Assembly (NCBI GenBank): GCA_963845195.1
Contig: CAWJRH010000001.1
Span: 852,597-916,596, forward strand
Direction of reading: 5' to 3'
Origin: an uncultured delta proteobacterium
Lineage (GTDB): Bacteria > Myxococcota_A > Polyangia > Polyangiales > Houyiibacteriaceae
Length of the DNA: 64,000 bases
Below are positions 19,401-26,058 of the stretch, piece by piece. The notes beneath the pieces were generated by a model. The model was not told the origin of the DNA. It made no database searches and saw only the letters and a list, made by a program, of their open reading frames with translations. Positions within the stretch are counted from its first letter, which is position 1. Each line of letters opens with the position of its first letter. Made by a program: the position numbers and the translations under genes.

Positions 19401-20414
19401 TTACTTTGCGACCGCGTCTTCGACGGCGCGGAGGAGGCTCTTGCTGTACACGCCCTTCTGCGCAAGACGCTCACGAGCCTTCGTGGCGGCCGCATCCCAG
19501 GCGGCTCGGTTCGATGCGGTTTCCACCGGAACCAGCCCGCGGCTGACCAGCGTCGCGTACGCGCGGTCGTCGTCGCGCTGGACGATCTGATCGAGCTTCT
19601 GCGCGGCGCGTGCCGCCGTATCGAGAAGCGTTTGCTGGTCCTTCTCCGAGAGGGAGTCGAACTTCTTTTTACTGATGACCGACCCTCCGACGATGATGCT
19701 GAAGTTGGTCGCGGTCATCGCTTTGAGCTTCGTGTACCATTGGAACGCAACGGCAGCCATGGCGGACGAGGGCACGACTTCTAGGGTGCCGCCTTCGAGT
19801 CCGGGAAAGACTCCGGCAGGACCCATGCGCACTGGCTTCGTCCCGAGCGCGGTGACGAAGGCGTCCGCGACGGCGTTGTCCTTCCCGGCCCATGCCGGCT
19901 TATTGGCGAGGTCGGACGGGCTCTGAAACTCAGTCGTCGCGAAGATGCGGTTCTTGCCGCCGTCGCCCCAGGTCAGCAGCTTGAAGCCGCTGTCCTCGAT
20001 CATCTTCTTGAATCGTCCGTCGAGCGCCTTGCGTGCCTTGTCGAGGTCTTCATCGGTGGTCAGCAGGCCAGGCGCGGTGAGCACCTGAAGCTCTGGCGCA
20101 ATCGCGCTGAGACCCGTCGTGGCAACGCCTGCGGCATCGAGCTTTCCGGCCTTGATCTTGCGGATGAGCTCGCGATCGTCACCGTCGCTGCCGCCGGAAA
20201 AGACCCGAAGATCCACCCGCCCTTCGGTCTCCTTTTCGAGCGTGCGGCTCCACGCCTTGAGGACCTTGACAAAGGACGACCCGGGCGGCGCGAGTGAGGC
20301 GATGCGAATCGTCGTTGCGCCTTCGGCGTTGGCCGTAGAAGGCACCGTGGTGCCGGGAACGAGCGCGGCGACGGCGGCCATTGCCGCAATGCACGTCATT
20401 TTCCAGTTTCTCAT
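19401..20414 (-). CDS. TRAP-type (DctP-family) periplasmic solute-binding protein, no DctQ/M nearby
   Basis: ORF trimmed to ATG 20414 (MRNWKMTCIAAMAAVAALVPG signal). DctP-like body (IRIASLAPPGSSFVKVL...RELIRKIKAGKLDAAGV...AFQWYTKLK). Confidence 0.7.
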   Translation of the reverse strand: MRNWKMTCIAAMAAVAALVPGTTVPSTANAEGATTIRIASLAPPGSSFVKVLKAWSRTLEKETEGRVDLRVFSGGSDGDDRELIRKIKAGKLDAAGVATTGLSAIAPELQVLTAPGLLTTDEDLDKARKALDGRFKKMIEDSGFKLLTWGDGGKNRIFATTEFQSPSDLANKPAWAGKDNAVADAFVTALGTKPVRMGPAGVFPGLEGGTLEVVPSSAMAAVAFQWYTKLKAMTATNFSIIVGGSVISKKKFDSLSEKDQQTLLDTAARAAQKLDQIVQRDDDRAYATLVSRGLVPVETASNRAAWDAAATKARERLAQKGVYSKSLLRAVEDAVAK

Positions 20415-20517
20415 GGACACACCCCTTACTACAGCGTTCTTGGACGACAACCGGTCCGCAATCCGACGGGGGAATGGATACGACATTCAATTCGCCGGTC
20501 TGTTTGTGTTGTCCGGG

Positions 20518-21147
20518 TTAGGGGGACTCGAGACGGAGCGCGGGCACGAATCGCCGCCGCAGGAAGTCGCGGAGTTCTTGATCGCTTCGTTGTGGGTCAG
20601 GGGAAGCAAGGAGGGACATGATGAGTCGGAGCATGTACTCCATGATCTCATTGGTTTCGGATTCGCTCCAGCCGGCCTGCTCGATGAAGTCGGCGAAGGC
20701 GACGCGTGCGAACGCGATCGACGCGGGCTGCGTGAAGCCGCGAAGCACTTCCGCATCGAAGACGGGAGGGTTCCAGACCTGCTTGAGGACCGCGTTCTCT
20801 TTCACCCCCTGCAGCACGTACGCAATCGCCTCGATCGCGCTTTCGCCGAGGTCGTCGTGCTTGGCCATGCGCTCGCGAACCTGCGTTGCAAGCCGCAGAC
20901 CTGCCTGCAGCAGCACCGAACGAATTAGTTCTTCGCGGTCTTTGAAGTAGCGGTAGACAGTCGGCCGGCTCACGCCCGCCTCGAGTGCCACGTGCGCGAT
21001 GCCGGTACCGTGGATTCCGTCCCGCGCCACACAGCGGGCCGCAACCTCGAGAAGCCGCTCACGTGCGGCCGTTCGATGAGGCGGATCGCCCCTCCAGGAT
21101 TCCCGTGCGGAGGCCTCGCTCTTTGGGTCGACAGAGATTTTCGTCAT
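20518..21147 (-). CDS. TetR-family transcriptional regulator
   Basis: N-terminal HTH (RERLLEVAARCVARDGIHGTGIAHVALEAGVSRPTVYRYFKDREELI). Confidence 0.85.
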   Translation of the reverse strand: MTKISVDPKSEASARESWRGDPPHRTAARERLLEVAARCVARDGIHGTGIAHVALEAGVSRPTVYRYFKDREELIRSVLLQAGLRLATQVRERMAKHDDLGESAIEAIAYVLQGVKENAVLKQVWNPPVFDAEVLRGFTQPASIAFARVAFADFIEQAGWSESETNEIMEYMLRLIMSLLASPDPQRSDQELRDFLRRRFVPALRLESP

Positions 21148-21292
21148 CAGGCGATCGAGAGTGAACGTAGGTTAGCCTGATACCCCGGACCACCCCGCGC
21201 GATCAAGCGTTTCGGCTGTCGGTCTTGGTGGGAGGGTGTCGGTGAACCCTGTGTTGGCACTCACCGGATCGCACGATTTCGGGTCTGAACAC

Positions 21293-21320
21293 TTGGGAAC
21301 CTTTGCCGCGGCTCGGCGTT
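21293..21320 (+). promoter_or_regulatory. possible ECF-type promoter (GGAAC-N16-CGTT) upstream of cassette 1
   Basis: ttGGGAAC (21293-21300), a 16-nt spacer, then CGTT (21317-21320), ~37 nt before ATG 21357. The octamer TTGGGAAC recurs at 21321-21328. Pattern match only. Confidence 0.25.
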
Positions 21321-21356
21321 TTGGGAACGCTGAAAGGCACGAGGGAAACCCAAATC

Positions 21357-22331
21357 ATGCCGCAACGCTGGCTTATCTTTCAGATTATCGCGCTCGCGCT
21401 GTGCGTCGGGTGCAGCGAATCATCGTCGAGCCCCAGGTGCAATTCACCGGACAGCACGGACCCTAGCTGTAATTCAACCGGCGGCACGGGCGGCGGTGGT
21501 GTCGGCGGCACCGGCGGCATCGGCGGCGAACCGATAGTCCCATTCTGTGAGACGGGCCCTTTGTGCGCGGCCTGCCCCGACTCTCGCGACGTGTGCGAAC
21601 CGAGCGTCGGCTGCGACAACGGCTTCGCCTGCATCGAATCGGGCTGCGCGACCAACGAAGGCGAGTTGATTCACGTCTGCGCCCTCGAACCGGCATCGTT
21701 TTGCCTCAACAACAGCGACTGTCCCGAAGGCCGCGCCTGCACCGATCTCGGCGAAGAGGGTTTGCGGTGCGTGAAGTCCACCCCGGGCTGTGCCTCGCAC
21801 TTCGACTGCATCATCGGCTTCTCGTGTGAAGACGGCGCCTGCGTTGACCGACGCGTTCCATGCGTCCTCGATGCCGACTGCCCGGTCAGCCACGTATGTG
21901 AGACGATTCAGCTCTCGAGCTTTTGCCAGCGAGTGCACCACGACTGCGAGGGAGAGCTCGACTGCGGCGTTCTTGCTCCGCGCTGCGTCGACATCGACGG
22001 CGACGGCCGAAACGAGTGCGCAGGGAGCCCGACTCCGAACGAGCCAAGTCCTCCTGCATGCGTCAATCTCGACTGCGCCGGGACCGCCAGCCCCGTCTGC
22101 GAGCTTTCTCAGGCCGGCAACACCACCGTCTGCGGCGCCTACGGACTCTGCCTCACCGACGAAGACTGCGTCGGCGGCTTCAACTGCGTCGAACTCTGGC
22201 CCGACGGGCGCAAAGAGTGTGTCCCGTCAGGCGGGGACTGCGCGCACATCACTGATTGCGACCTTCGTCAGGTCTGCGCCTCGCCGCGGACCGGGGGTCC
22301 GCCGCGCTGTCAGGCCGGGGTCAGCCCATGA
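21357..22331 (+). CDS. Cys-rich secreted lipoprotein, cassette 1 small partner
   Basis: ORF 21303-22331 trimmed to ATG 21357 (MPQRWLIFQIIALALCVGCSE, lipobox). Short Gly-rich tether, then ~270 aa containing 36 Cys in repeated C-x3-4-DC-x4-6-C-x6-10-C modules. Collinear paralog at 24941-26044. Confidence 0.8.
   Translation: MPQRWLIFQIIALALCVGCSESSSSPRCNSPDSTDPSCNSTGGTGGGGVGGTGGIGGEPIVPFCETGPLCAACPDSRDVCEPSVGCDNGFACIESGCATNEGELIHVCALEPASFCLNNSDCPEGRACTDLGEEGLRCVKSTPGCASHFDCIIGFSCEDGACVDRRVPCVLDADCPVSHVCETIQLSSFCQRVHHDCEGELDCGVLAPRCVDIDGDGRNECAGSPTPNEPSPPACVNLDCAGTASPVCELSQAGNTTVCGAYGLCLTDEDCVGGFNCVELWPDGRKECVPSGGDCAHITDCDLRQVCASPRTGGPPRCQAGVSP
21477..21527 (+). repeat. short (GGxGG)n-coding tract
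   Basis: TGGTGGGGVGGTGGIGG encoded by ggc/acc/ggt repeats. Confidence 0.6.
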
Positions 22332-22342
22332 GGAGAAGTACC

Positions 22343-24835
22343 ATGAAGCCGTTGCCCCACCTTCCTTGGGGATTCGTCCTGCTCGCAATCGGCCTTAGCG
22401 CCTGCGCGAGCACCGACGAGTTCGATTCGACCTTCGACTCGCTCACACAGGTCGACGACGACGTCTGCGTCACCGGAGATCCCGACTACGACCCGGCCGA
22501 CCCGCGCTGTCTCGTGACCGGTCCCGCGGGCACGGGCGTGCTGACGCCAACCGGCTGCACCGGTGGCGATCCCACTTGCTATCGCGGCCAAAACTATCCG
22601 ACCCAGAGCGATCTGACGATTGCGAACTCGGCGAACATTGCCTTCATCGGCAACAGCGTCCAGCTCGTCGGAGGCTCAGGGTCGATCGTCGACAGCGACG
22701 GCGACTTCGTGCCCGATCCGGCCGACGAGTGCGTGGGGCCCGGCTTCCGGCTTCCCTGCGATGGCGACCCGAGCGACGATGGCATCTACCAGACGCTGTT
22801 CTTCTCGACCAACTCGACGACCACGCTCGGCGCCGACATCGAGGTCGACGCCGCGATTCAAAAGGCCGACGCATACCTCCTCATGGATGCGACCGGGTCG
22901 ATGGGAGGGGAACAGGCTCAGCTCATCAACGACCTCACCAAGGGCACGTTCATTGACCCCACCCTCTGCGCCGAGGGGGCCGACACTGGGCTCGTCGGTG
23001 CCCTCAAGTGCGTAATTCCAGACCTCTGGATTGGGCTTGGCCAGTTCAACGAGGTGCCGGTCAGTCCGTACGGACACGCGTACGGGTACACGCCCTATCA
23101 TCATCTGCTCGACGTCACGAACGATCTTCAGCATCTGCTCGACTCCGTGTCGAGCCTCACCATACAGGGCAACCGCGACCTTCCAGAGTCCGGAAGTCAG
23201 GCGCTCTACTCGACGATCACCGGCCGCGGGCTCGGCCCCTGGGTGCCCAACCGAGGGGCGTGCCCGGCCAACCCTGCCGGCCGCTGGGGCTATCCGTGCT
23301 TTCGCCCCGCGACGCTGCCGATCATCATCCTCTTTAGCGACGCGCCGATGCACAACGGACCGCTTCCCGGTGGAACCACCTACGATCCAAGCCTGTTTGC
23401 CGGCGTGGGGCTCGGCTCTCGGCTGCCGCCGGTCGAACAGTATCCTGGCATTCTCTACTCGAACGACGCGCTGAGCGCGTTCGACCTCGGTGACCTCACC
23501 AACAGGTCGGTCACCGTGATGGGAACGACGGCGAACTTCGCGGACAGCTTCCTCACCTGGACCGAAGGGGCCTGCAACTACTGCCCGATGGCAGGTTGTT
23601 TCGGGGACGGCCGAGACGCGGCGGTGAGGTTCAGCCTGTCGAATCCAACCACCGCCTTCGTGAGTACCGAGGGGTCGTTCCCTTCCATCATGAACATGGG
23701 CATTGCCGACAGCTCGTTTGTCTACGCGGCCTGTGACCACGGCCCCGGAGCGGGCGACTGGTGGGGGCGCGCCACGACGCTGCTCGGCGCCGGTGACTGG
23801 TACGCGATTGCCGACGCATCCATCGCGCCGACCGGCAGCGTGAACGCTGAGCGCGGACCTTTTCAGCTCCGCATCAAGACCACGCCCGACGATCCGAGCT
23901 GGCAGACCGACGACATGCCGATTGCATGGACCACGGTCGAGAACGAGCTGCTCGCGGCCCGCGTCAAGGTCGTGAGCATCACCAGTCCCAACAGCGGGGG
24001 CCTCATCGGCCTTCCGGACCTGACCGAGCTCGCCTACATCACGGATTCGGTCGATTCGTCGGGGCAGCCGTTTGTCGAGACGATTGCGGGAGACGGGCAG
24101 GGCCTTTCGACTGCGCTCCTCGACAGCGTGCGGTCCCTCGTCGGTGACGTCCGACGTGACGTCACCCTCATCGCCGAGGACGACCCGTCGACGCCCGCCG
24201 TCGATGAGCGCGACTTCCTCACTGCGATTACCGCCACACAGTGTCCGACGACCGGCATCTCGAACTGCCTCAGCGGAGCCGGCACGAGTACTTGCGAAGG
24301 ATGTCTTGCCGACACCACGCTCTCGTTCCAGTTCCGAATCGGAAACAACTTCGTGGCTCAGGGCGCGACCTCGCAGGTGTTCGAGTTCGACTTGGTCGCG
24401 GTCGACGACGTAGGGAACGAGCTGAGCCGAATCCCGGTCCGCGTCATGGTGCCGCCCGCGGGCACCGACTTCGGCAACGGTTTCTATCAGGCGACCTACG
24501 AGGCCGATGGCACCTGCCTGATGCCTCCCGAGCGCCCGGACTGGGGTTTCATGAGCTGGTCGGCAAGCATGCCCTCCGACTCCTCGATCGAGTTCGAGGT
24601 CTTCACCGCGAACACGCGCGCGGGGCTCGACCTCGACCTGCCGATGTCGATCGTCGTCCCCGCGGGGACCACGACCGGCTCCGTGGACATTGGGCCGATG
24701 CTCCAGTCCTCGGGTCGACTGAACTATCTGCCGTACCTGCGCGTCCGCGCGAAGATGATCGCCTCGAGCGACGGCGCGAGTTCGCCGAGCCTCGACGGGT
24801 GGACCATGCAGTTCAACTGCTTCCCCTCCGATTAG
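22343..24835 (+). CDS. large vWA/MIDAS-like lipoprotein, cassette 1 large partner
   Basis: ORF 22256-24835. ATG 22343 has RBS gaggagaag; an alternative ATG at 22328 overlaps the upstream stop. Begins MKPLPHLPWGFVLLAIGLSACAS (lipobox). Asp-rich DSDGDFVPDPADEC. vWA-like core with DxTxS (LLMDATGSMGG), GNRDLPESGSQALY and IIILFSDAPMHNG. Long conserved C-terminal region ending GWTMQFNCFPSD. Confidence 0.8.
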   Translation: MKPLPHLPWGFVLLAIGLSACASTDEFDSTFDSLTQVDDDVCVTGDPDYDPADPRCLVTGPAGTGVLTPTGCTGGDPTCYRGQNYPTQSDLTIANSANIAFIGNSVQLVGGSGSIVDSDGDFVPDPADECVGPGFRLPCDGDPSDDGIYQTLFFSTNSTTTLGADIEVDAAIQKADAYLLMDATGSMGGEQAQLINDLTKGTFIDPTLCAEGADTGLVGALKCVIPDLWIGLGQFNEVPVSPYGHAYGYTPYHHLLDVTNDLQHLLDSVSSLTIQGNRDLPESGSQALYSTITGRGLGPWVPNRGACPANPAGRWGYPCFRPATLPIIILFSDAPMHNGPLPGGTTYDPSLFAGVGLGSRLPPVEQYPGILYSNDALSAFDLGDLTNRSVTVMGTTANFADSFLTWTEGACNYCPMAGCFGDGRDAAVRFSLSNPTTAFVSTEGSFPSIMNMGIADSSFVYAACDHGPGAGDWWGRATTLLGAGDWYAIADASIAPTGSVNAERGPFQLRIKTTPDDPSWQTDDMPIAWTTVENELLAARVKVVSITSPNSGGLIGLPDLTELAYITDSVDSSGQPFVETIAGDGQGLSTALLDSVRSLVGDVRRDVTLIAEDDPSTPAVDERDFLTAITATQCPTTGISNCLSGAGTSTCEGCLADTTLSFQFRIGNNFVAQGATSQVFEFDLVAVDDVGNELSRIPVRVMVPPAGTDFGNGFYQATYEADGTCLMPPERPDWGFMSWSASMPSDSSIEFEVFTANTRAGLDLDLPMSIVVPAGTTTGSVDIGPMLQSSGRLNYLPYLRVRAKMIASSDGASSPSLDGWTMQFNCFPSD

Positions 24836-24894
24836 GGACTGTAGAGACGATCACTAAAAGTGTAACTTTCTAGTCACATGGCCAGTCTGCCTTT

Positions 24895-24922
24895 GATGAA
24901 GAAGGATTAATCCTTCATCATT
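24895..24922 (+). other. AT-rich imperfect hairpin in the inter-cassette spacer
   Basis: gatgaagaagga-ttaa-tccttcatcatt forms a ~12-bp stem with one A:A mismatch, 18 nt upstream of ATG 24941 and abutting the RBS aagaggaaag. It sits in the only markedly AT-rich stretch of this locus. Confidence 0.35.
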
Positions 24923-24940
24923 GGAACAAGAGGAAAGACC

Positions 24941-26044
24941 ATGGCCAAACGTGCGCTTGCGCTCATTGCAGTTTCACTCGTCCTTCTCGTGGGCTGTGCG
25001 GAGGACATTCCCTTCGCGCCCAGCTTCACCGGAACCGGCGGCACCGGAGCGACCGGTGCGTTCAACGGGTTCGGTGGATTCGGGGGCACGGGGATGAGCG
25101 CTGGGACCGGCGGCACTGGTGGCGACGCTGGCACGGGCGGCGTTGGCGGCACGGGCGGCACTGGAGCGACAGGTGCGACCGGTGGCACGGGTGGCGGTGG
25201 CGGAGCGGGTGGCACCGGGGGTGCCGGTGGTCTGCCGAGTGATTGCCAGACCAGCCCGCTTTGCGACATCTGTCCGGGTTCTTCGTTTCGCTGCGAGAGC
25301 GACATGGGTTGCAATCTAGGTTACACGTGCATTCCGTCGGGCTGCACCGACCTTGCCGGCAGCCCCATCAAGCAGTGCCAAGAGCTTCCGGGTGGAAGCT
25401 GTGTGACCGACGACGACTGTCCGAGCCCATCGGCTCCGGACGATGAGTACACATGCGATACCGTCCCTCCCGGCGGTCTCAAGTGCATCAAGCAGACGCC
25501 CGGGTGCAACACCGACGCAGACTGCGTGTACGGGTTTGCGTGTCAGGACGGCGAATGCGTCGACCGCCGCGTCCCGTGCAACAGCTTCGATGATAGCTGT
25601 CCGGTGAGCTACACGTGCGAGAACGTAACGGGGAACGGCAACTTCTGCGTTCGCATCTACGAATCCTGCGAAAGCGACATCGACTGCGCCATCCTTGCTC
25701 CGTATTGCGCAGACATCGACGGTGACGGCCGGACAGAGTGCGCCGGAGAGCGCGACGCGTCGGGAACGCCTTGCGTGAACGCTTCGTGCGGCGGCGTACT
25801 GCCGGTCTGCGAGGCAGCGGGGGTTGGGAGCATCGCTACGTGCGGCGAGTACGGACTCTGTCGCACGGACGCCGACTGCGCCGACGCGAGCTTCGAGTGC
25901 CTCGAGCTCTGGTCCGACGGCCGCAAGGAGTGCGTGAAGCAGGGCAGCACCTGTAGCTCGAGCCGCGACTGCCCCCTCAACCAGGTCTGCGCGGCCCCGC
26001 GTACGGGCGGCCCTGCAAGCTGCCAAGCCGGTACCGGGCTTTGA
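24941..26044 (+). CDS. Cys-rich secreted lipoprotein, cassette 2 small partner
   Basis: MAKRALALIAVSLVLLVGCAED (lipobox), a ~68-aa Gly/Thr-rich tether, then a Cys-rich domain collinear with 21357-22331 (shared CVDRRVPC, DIDGDGR.ECAG, LW.DGRKECV, APRTGGP..CQAG). Confidence 0.8.
   Translation: MAKRALALIAVSLVLLVGCAEDIPFAPSFTGTGGTGATGAFNGFGGFGGTGMSAGTGGTGGDAGTGGVGGTGGTGATGATGGTGGGGGAGGTGGAGGLPSDCQTSPLCDICPGSSFRCESDMGCNLGYTCIPSGCTDLAGSPIKQCQELPGGSCVTDDDCPSPSAPDDEYTCDTVPPGGLKCIKQTPGCNTDADCVYGFACQDGECVDRRVPCNSFDDSCPVSYTCENVTGNGNFCVRIYESCESDIDCAILAPYCADIDGDGRTECAGERDASGTPCVNASCGGVLPVCEAAGVGSIATCGEYGLCRTDADCADASFECLELWSDGRKECVKQGSTCSSSRDCPLNQVCAAPRTGGPASCQAGTGL
25028..25231 (+). repeat. long (GGTGG/GATG)n-coding low-complexity tract
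   Basis: TGTGGTGATGAFNGFGGFGGTGMSAGTGGTGGDAGTGGVGGTGGTGATGATGGTGGGGGAGGTGGAGG. The antisense strand reads PPVPP (spurious ORF 24907-25314). Confidence 0.75.
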
Positions 26045-26058
26045 ACGAAAGGAACGCA

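Noticed and set aside
19401-20414. Complete TRAP transporter
   Set aside because: Only the DctP-like binding protein is present. No DctQ/DctM membrane components are in the window, so I call it an orphan binding protein rather than a transporter locus.
22676-23740. 354-aa minus-strand ORF inside the vWA-like gene. Similar long shadows include 1547-2854(+), 14804-15571(-), 38697-39788(-), 42405-43847(-), 44693-45634(-), 48686-49804(-) and 56632-57867(-)
   Set aside because: These are typical high-GC shadow ORFs opposite or out of frame to genes with clear family motifs. Their products are Arg/Ala/Gly/Pro-rich with no recognisable motifs.
24928-24940. gaggaaagacc resembling the RNase P RNA GAGGAAAGUCC core
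   Set aside because: It differs at the critical position (gacc rather than gucc), has no surrounding P4-type context, and sits exactly where the Shine-Dalgarno of ATG 24941 should be.
24907-25314. 135-aa minus-strand ORF rich in PPVPP/APVPP repeats
   Set aside because: It is the antisense reading of the (GGTGG)n tether of the plus-strand lipoprotein gene (24941-26044). That gene has a signal peptide, an RBS and a full-length paralog. The ORF is a low-complexity mirror artefact.
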